From assembly GCA_963662335.2 (NCBI GenBank), contig CAXXVD010000003.1:1-64000 (forward strand): a DNA stretch of 64,000 nt, read 5' to 3'. The number at the start of each line of letters is the position of its first letter. Position 1 is the stretch's first letter. Below, piece by piece: positions 48,661 to 58,951 of this stretch. This DNA comes from Chloroflexota bacterium. Its GTDB lineage: Bacteria; Chloroflexota; UBA11872; VXOZ01. The position numbers and the translations under genes are program-made. The notes beneath the pieces were generated by a model, which made no database searches, was not told the origin of the DNA, and was given only the letters and a program-made list of their open reading frames with translations.

Positions 48661-48867
48661 TTACTTGATGCCCGCGCCGGGCAGCAGGCTCTTCACGCGC
48701 TTCCGTTCGCCGTCGGGGGATTCGAAATACTGCGTCGCCATGCGCAGCGTGCGCGGCTTCTTCTTGCGGCGCAAGTGGTTCATGCTCCCTTTCGGGCGCA
48801 TCAGCTTGCCGGTCCCGCTGACCTTGAAGCGCTTGCGCGTGCTCTTGTGGGTCTTCATCTTGGGCAC
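48661..48867 (-). CDS. rpmI: 50S ribosomal protein L35
   Basis: PKMKTHKSTRKRFKVSGTGKL, HLRRKK. Confidence 0.95.
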   Translation of the reverse strand: MPKMKTHKSTRKRFKVSGTGKLMRPKGSMNHLRRKKKPRTLRMATQYFESPDGERKRVKSLLPGAGIK

Positions 48868-49048
48868 GAAACTACCACCTCGCTTTAGAGAGGAATCGCT
48901 TGCTATGGTATCATAGAGCGGGCAGTGCGCACAACCGCCGGCGCCCCACGCTGGACGGTTCACTGGAGTAGCATAGTATTGAATCTGCGCGCAGGACGCT
49001 GTACACTTACCGTATTAACTTCCATAGAGCATATGTGGAGACTAGTCA

Positions 49049-49285
49049 ATGCGTAAAAAGAAAAACCCGCAAGAAGCCGATTCCGACAACGCGGTGCTTC
49101 TTCAGAACTTGGTCGTGTTGTCGCTTGTTCGTCACTTCTTAAGGACGTCGTTTAGGCCGTTCAAGTGGTCTTATGCGCAGTCCAAGGACAGCTTCGGGAA
49201 TAGCTGGGAGGAAGACTTCCATGCGTGGCCGGGAAACCAATGGGAACAAAGAGAAACAAGACTTGGCCGAGCCATCCAGCGCTGA
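49049..49285 (+). CDS. Small hypothetical protein
   Basis: GGAG RBS, ATG start, lower GC; overlaps the next ORF. Confidence 0.4.
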   Translation: MRKKKNPQEADSDNAVLLQNLVVLSLVRHFLRTSFRPFKWSYAQSKDSFGNSWEEDFHAWPGNQWEQRETRLGRAIQR

Positions 49286-49652
49286 AGCGGAAGAGGAGCA
49301 ACAGGAAGAGCAGGTACAACAGACCCTAGAAATGCCGCCTGAAACCGGAAACTTAATCCAGGCGATGTTGGGGTCCGATGCAATACAAAGCCTGGCGCTC
49401 TTTCAGAAGCTAACGCCAGAGCACGTAACCCAAATGTTGAACATGCGGAGAGAAGAAGTACAACTAATCGCCAAGGACAGAGAGCTAGTCAGAAGGCACG
49501 TCCTCATCATTCTCGGAGTCTCAATTGCCTCTGCGGTATTGTTTCTTTGCCTGCTTGTCTGGTTCGATTTGAAGGAGTACATTGGCCCTTTCGCCGTTGC
49601 GGTTTCTTCTGCAATCGGCGGCATCGGCCTTGGGATGAACTGGAGACGGTAG
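49221..49652 (+). CDS. Hypothetical membrane protein (acidic N-terminus, two C-terminal TMs; DUF2335-like architecture)
   Basis: GGAGG RBS; hydrophobic VLIILGVSIASAVLFLCLLVWF and FAVAVSSAIGGIGLG. Confidence 0.7.
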   Translation: MRGRETNGNKEKQDLAEPSSAEAEEEQQEEQVQQTLEMPPETGNLIQAMLGSDAIQSLALFQKLTPEHVTQMLNMRREEVQLIAKDRELVRRHVLIILGVSIASAVLFLCLLVWFDLKEYIGPFAVAVSSAIGGIGLGMNWRR

Positions 49653-49836
49653 CCCGGCGATATAGCGCCGTTGAATTCTCTAGAGGTTCGGCCCTCTCAG
49701 CCTCCTTGCGACCTCAGTGCACGTGACTCTTGGCAAACCCAATGGGTCGGCGCCCAGAAACCGACGATAATTGTCGTTCAGGTACTCTGCGCCGCGCCTG
49801 ACGTTCGCCCCACACGCTACATCTGGTATTGAGCCT

Positions 49837-51828
49837 ATGCCCCCCTTTCAACTGGTCTCGGAACTCGAGCCCCGCGGCGACCAGCCGGACGCCATCGGCC
49901 AACTGATCGCCGGCTGCCATGCCGCGTATCCGTTCCAGACCCTGCTTGGCGTCACCGGTTCCGGCAAGACGCTCACCATGGCGCGGGTGATCCAGGCGAT
50001 CCAGAAGCCGGCCCTGGTTCTCGCGCCCAACAAGACCCTGGCCGCGCAACTCTTCTCCGAGTTCCGCGACTTCTTTCCCGAGAACGCGGTCGAATACTTC
50101 GTCTCGTACTACGACTACTACCAGCCGGAGGCGTACCTCCCGCGCACGGATACCTACATCGAGAAAGACTCCGACATCAACGAAGAGGTGGAAAAGCTGC
50201 GGCTCTCTGCCACGCGCTCGTTGCTGGAGCGGCCGGACGTCATCATCGTCGCCAGCGTCTCGTGCATCTACGGCATGGGTTCGCCGCAGGACTACGGCCA
50301 AGTGGTCGTATCGCTAAACGTCGGTGAGCAGTACCGCCGCCAGACCGTGCTCCGCCGCCTGAACGACATCCAGTACGAGCGCAATAACGTCGATTTCAAG
50401 CGCGGCACGTACCGGGTGAAAGGCGACGTGCTGGACATCTATCCGGCTTACGGCGACACCGCGATCCGCATCGACTTCTTTGGCGACGAGGTGGACCGCA
50501 TCATCGAGATCGACCCGCTCACCGGCGAGATTCTCGATCAGCGCCAGGCAATCAACATCTATCCCGCCAGCCACTTCGTGACGCCGGTGGAGCGCATGGA
50601 AGCGGCGGTGAAGAGCATTGAGGCGGAGCTCGACGAGCACGTGGCCGCCTTGCAGCGCCAGGGCAAACTGCTGGAGACCCAGCGCCTGCTCCAGCGCACC
50701 CGCTTCGACCTGGAGATGCTGCGCGAGACCGGCCACTGCAAGGGCATCGAGAACTACAGCCGCCACCTGGACGGCCGCAACGCCGGCGATCCCTCGTGGA
50801 CGCTGCTGGACTATTTCCCCAAAGACTTCCTGATGTTCATCGACGAGTCCCACGTGGCCGTGCCGCAACTGCGCGGCATGTACGCCGGCGACCGCTCGCG
50901 CAAGCAGGTGCTGGTGGACTACGGTTTCCGCCTGCCCAGCGCGCTGGACAACCGGCCGCTCATGTTTCAGGAGCTCGAGCAGCGGCTCAATCAGGTGGTC
51001 TTCGTCTCCGCCACGCCCAGCATGTACGAGCGCGAACGGAGCAGCCAGGTGGTGGAACAGATCATCCGGCCCACCGGCCTGGTGGACCCGTCTATCGAAA
51101 TCCAGCCCACCACCGGCCAGATCGACCATCTTGTCGCGCAGATTCGCCAGCGGGTGGCGCAGCGCGAGCGCGTGCTGGTGACGACCCTCACCAAGCGCAT
51201 GGCGGAACAACTGGCCGACTACCTGAACGAAAGCGGCGTCAAGGTGCACTACCTCCATTCGGAGATCGACACCCTGGAGCGCGTGGAGATCCTGCGCGAC
51301 CTGCGGCTGGGCGTCTACGACGTGGTGGTGGGCATCAACCTGCTGCGCGAAGGCCTGGACCTGCCGGAAGTCTCGCTGGTGGCGATCCTGGACGCCGATA
51401 AAGAGGGCTACCTGCGCAGCGAGACCTCCCTGGTGCAGACCATCGGCCGGGCCGCGCGCCACATCCACGGCCACGTGGTGCTCTACGCCGACAACGTGAC
51501 CGATTCCATGCGCCGCGCCATCGACGAGACCTACCGCCGCCGCGACAAACAACTCGCCTTCAACGACCAACACGGCATCCAGCCGGAGAGTATCAACAAG
51601 GCGATCCGCGACATCACCGATACCATCCGCGCCGTGGCGGATGAACAATCCAGCTACCAGGCGGAGCACAAACCGCTCTCGGCGAAAGAGGCGAACAAGC
51701 TCATCAAGGAGCTTGAAAAACAGATGCGCAAGGCGGCGAAAGAACTGGACTTCGAGCGCGCCGCCCTGCTGCGCGACCAAATCCGCGAGATCCGCGCCGG
51801 GCAGCAGGAAGTGATGATTGCCGAGTAG
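49837..51828 (+). CDS. uvrB: Excinuclease ABC subunit B
   Basis: [45 protein letters not shown]. Confidence 0.98.
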   Translation: MPPFQLVSELEPRGDQPDAIGQLIAGCHAAYPFQTLLGVTGSGKTLTMARVIQAIQKPALVLAPNKTLAAQLFSEFRDFFPENAVEYFVSYYDYYQPEAYLPRTDTYIEKDSDINEEVEKLRLSATRSLLERPDVIIVASVSCIYGMGSPQDYGQVVVSLNVGEQYRRQTVLRRLNDIQYERNNVDFKRGTYRVKGDVLDIYPAYGDTAIRIDFFGDEVDRIIEIDPLTGEILDQRQAINIYPASHFVTPVERMEAAVKSIEAELDEHVAALQRQGKLLETQRLLQRTRFDLEMLRETGHCKGIENYSRHLDGRNAGDPSWTLLDYFPKDFLMFIDESHVAVPQLRGMYAGDRSRKQVLVDYGFRLPSALDNRPLMFQELEQRLNQVVFVSATPSMYERERSSQVVEQIIRPTGLVDPSIEIQPTTGQIDHLVAQIRQRVAQRERVLVTTLTKRMAEQLADYLNESGVKVHYLHSEIDTLERVEILRDLRLGVYDVVVGINLLREGLDLPEVSLVAILDADKEGYLRSETSLVQTIGRAARHIHGHVVLYADNVTDSMRRAIDETYRRRDKQLAFNDQHGIQPESINKAIRDITDTIRAVADEQSSYQAEHKPLSAKEANKLIKELEKQMRKAAKELDFERAALLRDQIREIRAGQQEVMIAE

Positions 51829-52062
51829 GGGCACGACACGTCGTGCCCCTACCAGGGTCGGATTGTTGGCGCGGAGGGTTGATCCGCGCCCCTTCCGTTA
51901 TTCCCGCGCTATCTTCATGGCAATGACGGTCAAAAGGCCGTAGCGCGGGGGCTTGTCCCCCGCTTGCGCAAGGAACTCGGCCACGTTCGCCGGCGATTCC
52001 CATGCAAGAGGCGGGCGCATGTGATAAATCCCACGGCGGCGCAGGTTGCAAACCCGCGCTAC
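51825..52062. repeat. REP cluster (C, A, B families); the C REP supplies the uvrB stop codon
   Basis: GTAGGGGCACGACACGTCGTGCCCCTAC at 51825-51852; A at about 51940; B at about 52040. Confidence 0.8.
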
Positions 52063-52226
52063 CGGGGAGGTGAGGTTTGGTTCGTTCAACGCCGATGCGC
52101 TCGATGCGGCGGCAATTGCGGCGTGCCGCGCTCCAATGCGAGTTGAGAAAGTACCGCGCCGGCCTTGATACAGTATCATCACAGCAGCAACACTCCCGAG
52201 CGCGGCGCAGCGTGAAAGGGCACACA

Positions 52227-53354
52227 GTGAGCAAGAAGGTATTCGACGCGGAGGACATTGCCGCGGTGACGCGGGTGTTGGAGTCCGGCGTGTTGAGCGC
52301 TGGGCCGGAGGCGGCGGCGTTGGAGCGGGAGTTTGCGGCGGAACTGGGGGCGAATCACGCCATTTCCTGCAACGCGGCCATGGGCGGGTTGCACGCGGCG
52401 CTGCTGGCGGTGGGCGTGGGTGCGGGCGACGAGGTGGTGTGCGACCCGCTGGTGCTCTTTGGCGGCCTGGCGGCGCTCTACACCGGGGCCATGCCCGTGT
52501 TCGCGGACGTGGATGAGCATACCCACAACATGGACCCCGCCTCGTTGGCGGAGCGCATCACGCCGCGCACGAAAGCCATCATCGTCACCCATCACTGGGG
52601 CGAACCGGCGGACATGGCGGGCATCCTGGCGGTGGCGGACGCGCACAAGCTGCCGGTGGTCGAGGATTGCGCCCACGTGCTCTTTGGCGAGTGGCAGGGG
52701 CGCTATGCGGGCACGCTGGGCTCCGTGGGCGTCTTCAGCTTTCAATCGTCCAAGCACCTGAGCACCGGTGATGGCGGCATCGCGGTCACGAATGATGCAT
52801 ATCTGGCCGACCAATTGCGCGCCATCATCACGTTCGGCGCGGCGCCGACGCGGCTGGCGCACAACTTCCGCATGACCGAAATGACCGCCGCCGTGGCGCG
52901 GGTGCAGTTGCGCCGCGCCCGCGGCTACGTGGCGGAAGACCGCGCCAGCGCCCAACTCTATGCAGAAGCGGCGGCGGGTTGCGACTGGCTGCGGCCGCAG
53001 CAGGCGAGCGCGGAGAGCGCTCATGCCTACCATCTCTGGGTGGCGGCGTTCGCGCCGCAACCGGGCGGGCCTTCGTTGGAGGACTTCAAGGCGGCGTGCG
53101 CCGCTGAGGAAGCGGCCTTCAGCTTTGGCTACGTGGGCGTGCCGGCGTACCTGCATCCGGTCTTCAGCTTGGGCGGCGGTTATGGCGTGAGCCGCGACCC
53201 GCAGTCGCAACCGCTCCCCTATCGCCGGGGTTGGTGTCCGGTGGCAGAGTCTCTCATGCCGCGACTTATGATTACGGGCATTAGCGCGCGTGAGGACGAC
53301 TTTCACCGGCCCAACGCCGCGGCCCTGGGCCGGGCGATTCAACGCCTGTCTTGA
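52227..53354 (+). CDS. DegT/DnrJ/EryC1/StrS aminotransferase
   Basis: VEDCAH, FSFQSSKHLSTGDGG, NFRMTE. Confidence 0.92.
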   Translation: MSKKVFDAEDIAAVTRVLESGVLSAGPEAAALEREFAAELGANHAISCNAAMGGLHAALLAVGVGAGDEVVCDPLVLFGGLAALYTGAMPVFADVDEHTHNMDPASLAERITPRTKAIIVTHHWGEPADMAGILAVADAHKLPVVEDCAHVLFGEWQGRYAGTLGSVGVFSFQSSKHLSTGDGGIAVTNDAYLADQLRAIITFGAAPTRLAHNFRMTEMTAAVARVQLRRARGYVAEDRASAQLYAEAAAGCDWLRPQQASAESAHAYHLWVAAFAPQPGGPSLEDFKAACAAEEAAFSFGYVGVPAYLHPVFSLGGGYGVSRDPQSQPLPYRRGWCPVAESLMPRLMITGISAREDDFHRPNAAALGRAIQRLS

Positions 53355-53644
53355 ATGACGGCCGCGGCCCGCGCTCCCCGGCGTTTACGGCGCGCAAAAC
53401 TGAATCAGCGCTCCGCCGGAGACACGCGCGGATGTCGTAGGGGATATACTGAAGGTGAACGGCTTGCCGGGCAAAACGGCGCTTCCTGGTCAGCCAACAA
53501 GCTATTGCGAGAAGGCGCCGGTTTGGGTCAGCGCCGGAAGCAGGGCGCGGTTTGGCCGGCATTGCGTAGAGCGAGAATCCGCGCGCTTTCAAGGACGATG
53601 AGTGCGGATGATGTAAGGGCACACAAAGAAAGGAACGGTGTGCG

Positions 53645-53989
53645 ATGCCTTTGTTCATGTCCCAGTTTTCCTACAATACGGAAACCTGGAAGGAACTGAC
53701 GGAGAATCCGGAAGACCGGAGAGACGCCATCGAGCCGTTGCTGGCGAGTCTCGGTTGCCGCCTGGTTGCGGTCTACTATGCGTTTGGCGACTACGACGGC
53801 GTGGTGATTTTCGAATCTCCCGATGGCGTCACGGCCGCAGCGGCGGTGATCGCCGCGATTACGCCGGGGCACGTCAGCTCCGTCAAGACCACGCGGCTGC
53901 TCACGGTAGATGAGATGCAGGCCGCGCTGGCCAAGACCAAGATCGTAGCCGAGCAAACGTCGTACGACCGCCCCGGCGGGTCGGGCTAG
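53645..53989 (+). CDS. GYD domain protein
   Basis: NPEDR, YYAFGDYD, KTTRLLT. Confidence 0.85.
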   Translation: MPLFMSQFSYNTETWKELTENPEDRRDAIEPLLASLGCRLVAVYYAFGDYDGVVIFESPDGVTAAAAVIAAITPGHVSSVKTTRLLTVDEMQAALAKTKIVAEQTSYDRPGGSG

Positions 53990-54223
53990 CCGCCGGTCGG
54001 CGGGTGCGCCCATTGCGGTGATGAACGCCTTACCCAAAGTTGGCGGTGTGTGTTCGCGCCAAGAGGCGGGGGACAAACCCCCGGGCTACGGCGTATATGG
54101 TTGCAATTGTGCCCAAAGCGGTATTGAACGGCGTAACAAATGTTGGCGTTGTGTAGTTCACGGCAAGAGGCGGGGGACAAGCCCCCGCGCTACGATGTTT
54201 TGACGAGCAATTGAGGAGCAGGC

Positions 54224-55390
54224 ATGTTGGACATTCCGCGCATTCGGGAGGACTTTCCGGCGCTGCAGAACGGCATCTACCTACACGTGGCCGGCATCGG
54301 GATGAACGCCCGGCCGGTGCTGGAGGAGGTGACCGGCCGCTGGCAGTTCTTCTTCGAGAACGGCCCGTGGCTGCAGAGCCGCCGCGACGAGCGCTTTCTG
54401 CACAAGCAACGCACCCGCGAGGCGCTGGCGCGTTTCTTCAACGTGCCGCCCGCTACGATCGCGATGATCAACAACGTCTCCAACAGCATCAGCCTGGTGG
54501 TCTCCGGCCTGCCGCTGGCCCCGGGCGACGAGATCATCACCAGCAATGAGGAAGACGACGCGCTCTGGCTGCCGCTCTACAACATCGCCCGCAAACGCTA
54601 CGGCGCGGTGGTCCGCCACATGCGGGTGGGCGCGACGCCGGCGGAGAATCTGGCCAATTTCCAGGCGCTGCTCTCGCCCCGCACCAAGCTCGTCGCTCTG
54701 AGCCACGTGACCCAGGACCGGGGCACGGCGCTGCCGGTGGCGGAGATGACCCGCCTGGCCCACGAGCGCGGCGCGTTCGTCTACCTGGACGGCGGCCAAG
54801 CCGTCGGCCAACTCGACGTGGACATCAGCGCCATCGACCCGGACTTCTACGCCGTGCTCGGCTACAAGTGGATGCTCGGTCCCTACGGCAGCGGCTGCTT
54901 CTACGTGGCCGAACGCATGCGCGATGTGCTGGAAATGTCGTGGACCGGCAGCCACGTGGCAAAGCACATCGACTTCGATTCCGGCGCGGTTGACTGGGAG
55001 GACTACCCCCGGCGGCTGGAATGGGGTTCGGTGAACTTTCCCACTATGGCGGGACTGGGCGCGGCGGTAGAATACCTGGAAGGCCACGGCATTGCGGCCA
55101 TTGAGGAGCGCGGCAAGAAGCTGTCACGCTGGCTGCGCGGCGAACTGCTGCGGCATCCCAAGGTCGTCTGCTACGACGCGGAACACCCGGACGCCCATAC
55201 GAGCATCGTGGCGTACGGCGTGGAGGGCGTAACGGGCGCCGACCTGGCCGCCTATCTGCATGAGAACGAGGTCTGGTGCCGCGCGCTCATGCACGACGGC
55301 ATGGAGGGCGTGCGCCTCTGCACGGCCTTCATCAATAGCGAAGAGGAGATCGAAAGGGCCATCGAGATCATGGCCGCCATGCCGCGGTGA
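54224..55390 (+). CDS. Class V aminotransferase (cysteine desulfurase-like)
   Basis: IREDFP, LDGGQAVG, GYKWMLGP, EWGSVN. Confidence 0.88.
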   Translation: MLDIPRIREDFPALQNGIYLHVAGIGMNARPVLEEVTGRWQFFFENGPWLQSRRDERFLHKQRTREALARFFNVPPATIAMINNVSNSISLVVSGLPLAPGDEIITSNEEDDALWLPLYNIARKRYGAVVRHMRVGATPAENLANFQALLSPRTKLVALSHVTQDRGTALPVAEMTRLAHERGAFVYLDGGQAVGQLDVDISAIDPDFYAVLGYKWMLGPYGSGCFYVAERMRDVLEMSWTGSHVAKHIDFDSGAVDWEDYPRRLEWGSVNFPTMAGLGAAVEYLEGHGIAAIEERGKKLSRWLRGELLRHPKVVCYDAEHPDAHTSIVAYGVEGVTGADLAAYLHENEVWCRALMHDGMEGVRLCTAFINSEEEIERAIEIMAAMPR

Positions 55391-55661
55391 GGGACTCTGG
55401 CTAGCACGCCGCCGCCCGACTGCCGCAGCGCGTTGAGCGCCGTGGCGCCTGGATTGCCGTAGCGCGGGGGCTTGTCCCCCGCCGGCGCAAGAGGAACGGA
55501 TGCGCGAAGGATTGAGCCTGCGGTGACGCAGGTTACAAACCTGCGCTACCGGAGATGCGAGGCGTTGTTCTCATCACGCCCGCGCTTCACGCCAAGAAGC
55601 GGGGGACAAGCCCCCGCGCTACGTTGGACGCGATAGCATTGGGGAGATACCCCTTCCTCCG

Positions 55662-56894
55662 CTACGCTTCATCCGGCCAGATGCGCACGGTGCCGTAGCG
55701 CCCGTCGTAGCCCGGTTCCACAGACACCTTGCCGGCCCTCATGCGGCCGATGCCCTCCGTAATCCGCTCGCCGGCCGCATCCGCAATTGCGGCCAATGGC
55801 GCATCCAGCAGCGCGGCGAACTCTGAGCCGAGCGCGTCGGTAAGCGCCGTGTAGGCGCGCGCGACGGTCTTGGTGCGCTCGCCGACGCCGAGGGCTTCGG
55901 CCAGAATCTGCGCCAGCGGGACCACGTGTTTGAACGGTGGGCGGCCGCTATTACCCCGCAAGAAGCCGTGCTCATTAAGTGTTATAGAAAAAACCGGGCG
56001 GGTGGCCAGCGCCGCCACGCGCTCCAGCACGCCCACGGTGAGCGCGCGGCCGCAGACGGGACAGGTTGTGCCGCGCGCCTGCGTCTCCGCCGGCAGGTAG
56101 CGCACGTTGCAGGCGCGGTGGCCGGTGGCGTGGTATTTGCCCTCTTCCGGATAGTACTCCAGCGTGTAGGCGATTCTTTCTTCTCTGAGGGCGGCGGCAA
56201 GCCCGTCGAACGTCAGCGGCCCGTGAAAGGTGGTTGCTTCCCGCCCCAGGTTACGCGGCGAGTGCGCGTCGGAGAACGAGACGATGCTGCGGCCGTCGGC
56301 GTCCGGCACGCGCCAATTCATGGCGGGATCGCTCGATAAGCCCGTTTCCAACGCCGGAATCGCCGGCGTTAACGCGCCAAAGCACTCCTCCAACGAATCG
56401 AAGCCGGACTTGGAGCCGAACACCGCGTACCATGGCGTCCAGGCGTGGGCCGGGATGACGATGCTGCGGGGGTCTATTTCGAGAATCGCGGCGGTAAGTT
56501 CGCGCGCGTGCAGCGCAATGAGCGGCCGCCCGTCTCCGGCCAGCTTTGCGCCGGCACGCTCCAAGAACCGGCAGAGCTTCTCGATCGCCCCAAAATCCGG
56601 CACGTATACCAGCAAGTGCAGGCGACGGCCCTTGCCGGCGTGCTTGAAGACGCAGGCGAGTTCCGTGCCGAGAATGAAGTGGGTGTTCTCATAGGTGAAG
56701 AGGTCGCCCGCGGCGGGTTGCAGCGTTTCTTGCAGGTGGGCGCGCCAGGCCGGGTGCGTGAAATCGGCGGCGGCCAGCAGCCGGATGCCCTTGCGCCGTG
56801 CCCACAGGCTCAGATTGGGGATGGTGATGTCGCGCGCCGTGCCTATGGCATACGACGAGTGCAGGTGCAGGTCGGCCAGATAGCTTGCTTGCAT
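55662..56894 (-). CDS. PHP-domain nuclease, endonuclease Q family
   Basis: ADLHLHS, IPAHAWTPW, ETGLSSD, SDAHS, GKYH, CxxC pairs, PGYDG.YG. Confidence 0.88.
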   Translation of the reverse strand: MQASYLADLHLHSSYAIGTARDITIPNLSLWARRKGIRLLAAADFTHPAWRAHLQETLQPAAGDLFTYENTHFILGTELACVFKHAGKGRRLHLLVYVPDFGAIEKLCRFLERAGAKLAGDGRPLIALHARELTAAILEIDPRSIVIPAHAWTPWYAVFGSKSGFDSLEECFGALTPAIPALETGLSSDPAMNWRVPDADGRSIVSFSDAHSPRNLGREATTFHGPLTFDGLAAALREERIAYTLEYYPEEGKYHATGHRACNVRYLPAETQARGTTCPVCGRALTVGVLERVAALATRPVFSITLNEHGFLRGNSGRPPFKHVVPLAQILAEALGVGERTKTVARAYTALTDALGSEFAALLDAPLAAIADAAGERITEGIGRMRAGKVSVEPGYDGRYGTVRIWPDEA

Positions 56895-56913
56895 GGCCCA
56901 ATCGCCGTGACCG

Positions 56914-57330
56914 CTACTCTGGCGCGCTCGCCTGCGCCGCCAGTTCGGCGCGAATGAACAGGTATGCCTGCAGGCAGGCAAGCTCAGGCGTTTCCGCCAC
57001 CACGTCGGCGATGCGGCGGCTCACCTCGTCGAAGCAGATGCAGGCAAAGTCGCCCTGGTAGCAGTCCAAGACGGTGTGCGGCGAGACCGCGTTGAGCAGC
57101 GCCAGGAGCTGGTCCAGACGCGGCAACCAGCATACGGCACGGTTGACTGTGAGGTCGTTGCCGCCCGCCGCCAGATCCTCATCGAGAAGCCGCGGGACGC
57201 CGTCCCGGGCCACCCAATCGCCAACGCTGGGCGTCCACTGTGTTGCCAACTCTCTGCGCGCCGCGCGGCAGCGCTGCACGTAGGCCGGAGAGAATGGATG
57301 GGAGATGTGCGGCTCGGATTCGCGCGTCAA
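56914..57330 (-). CDS. Hypothetical protein
   Basis: Plausible composition, WLPRLDQL motif; start uncertain. Confidence 0.6.
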   Translation of the reverse strand: MTRESEPHISHPFSPAYVQRCRAARRELATQWTPSVGDWVARDGVPRLLDEDLAAGGNDLTVNRAVCWLPRLDQLLALLNAVSPHTVLDCYQGDFACICFDEVSRRIADVVAETPELACLQAYLFIRAELAAQASAPE

Positions 57331-57516
57331 AAGAACTGCGCCCCTCGCGTGGTGATTCCCGTCTACCGCGTTGGGCCACTGCCGGTGCGGCGCTACCCAG
57401 TGTATCATGAGATTAGCGGGCAGCGCCGCGACCCCGCGAAAGGCGCGATTGAGAGGACTGTGGAGCTAGAGCGCGGCGTAAAGCGCGTAAACTCTGCCAA
57501 AGGGAAAGGGAAATAC

Positions 57517-58851
57517 ATGAATTCGGGCGTTGCGGCGCGGAAAGCCGGGCGGTTTTCACTATTCTTGAAGTTTATCTCGCTTGCGGCCCTGGTCCTGGCG
57601 GGCGCCTTGCTCTTGAGCGCCTGCGGCGATGACGAGGAAGATGCCGTTGTGCAGGAAGCTGCGCGCACGCCCATTCCCTCGCCAATCGTGACCACCCCGG
57701 CGCCGACGCCGACGGCAGCGCCCGCGTCTACCGTTGCGTCCACGCCTACGCTCGCGCCCGCCGTGAGCACGCCGCAGCCGCCCGTAGAAGGAGCGTATGG
57801 ATTGGAGGAAGTCGGCGCGGGCTTCGCCAAGCCGCTCTACCTCACCTATGCGCCCGGTGACGCCGGCGGGCGGCTCTTCATCGTGGAACAGAACGGCACG
57901 ATTGCCATTCTCAGCAACGGCCGCCGCCAGGAGCCGCTCTTCCTCGATATACGCTCCCGCGTCGGTTCCCGCGCCAACGAGCAGGGCCTCTTGAGCATGG
58001 CGTTCGACCCCGAGTACGCGGCCAACGGCATCTTCTACGTCAACTACACGGACAAGGGCGGGACTACGGTGGTCGCGCGCTACCGCGTCTCCGCCGACAA
58101 TCCCGATGCGGCTGACGTAGACAGTGAAGAAGTGCTGCTGCGCGTCGGCCAGCCCTACGGCAACCACAACGGCGGGCAGATCAAGTTTGGCCCCGACGGC
58201 TACCTGTACGTCGGCATGGGCGACGGCGGTTCCGGCGGCGATCCCCAGGGCCACGGGCAGAATCTCGGCACGCTGCTTGGCGCCATGCTCCGCATCGACG
58301 TGCGTACCGGCGGCGGTTACGCCGTGCCCGCGGACAATCCGTTCGTGGGGCACGAGAATGCGCGGCCGGAAATCTGGAACTGGGGCCAGCGCAACCCGTG
58401 GCGCTTCTCGTTCGACCGGCTGACTGGTGACCTCTTCATGGCCGACGTGGGACAGAACAAGTGGGAAGAGGTGCACTTCCAGCCGGCCGACAGCGCCGGC
58501 GGCGAGAACTACGGCTGGAACCGCTTCGAAGGCAACGAACCTTACGGCCGCGGCGGTTCGCGTGAAGGAATGGAGTTTCCGATTGCGGTCTACGGCCGCA
58601 GCGAGGGCTGCTCGGTGACCGGCGGCTACGTCTACCGCGGCCACAACCTGCCGGCGCTGGCGGGCAACTACATCTTTGGCGACTACTGCTCCGGCATCGT
58701 CTGGACCCTGACGCCCCAGGCCGACGGCACGTGGCTGCGCACCGTGCTCCTGCAAGCGCCGTCGGAAATCACGTCATTCGGCGAGGACGCGGACGGTGAA
58801 GTGTACGTGATCATCCGCACCGGGACGATCTACCGTATCGTGCGGGTGTAG
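57517..58851 (+). CDS. PQQ-dependent sugar dehydrogenase (GSDH) lipoprotein
   Basis: LSAC lipobox, EQGLL, NHNGG, GDGG, RNPWR, ADVGQ. Confidence 0.92.
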   Translation: MNSGVAARKAGRFSLFLKFISLAALVLAGALLLSACGDDEEDAVVQEAARTPIPSPIVTTPAPTPTAAPASTVASTPTLAPAVSTPQPPVEGAYGLEEVGAGFAKPLYLTYAPGDAGGRLFIVEQNGTIAILSNGRRQEPLFLDIRSRVGSRANEQGLLSMAFDPEYAANGIFYVNYTDKGGTTVVARYRVSADNPDAADVDSEEVLLRVGQPYGNHNGGQIKFGPDGYLYVGMGDGGSGGDPQGHGQNLGTLLGAMLRIDVRTGGGYAVPADNPFVGHENARPEIWNWGQRNPWRFSFDRLTGDLFMADVGQNKWEEVHFQPADSAGGENYGWNRFEGNEPYGRGGSREGMEFPIAVYGRSEGCSVTGGYVYRGHNLPALAGNYIFGDYCSGIVWTLTPQADGTWLRTVLLQAPSEITSFGEDADGEVYVIIRTGTIYRIVRV

Positions 58852-58951
58852 TGTATGCTCTTGCTGAAATGTAGTCGTGTCCGTGAGTCGCGCTGGGGCG
58901 CACGGCACGCCGCGTTTTGCTTGGATGGCGCGTAGATTGTGAGTAGCCATC

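Noticed and set aside
49650-49836. LexA/SOS box upstream of uvrB
   Set aside because: No convincing GAAC-N4-GTTC or CTGT-N8-ACAG match seen
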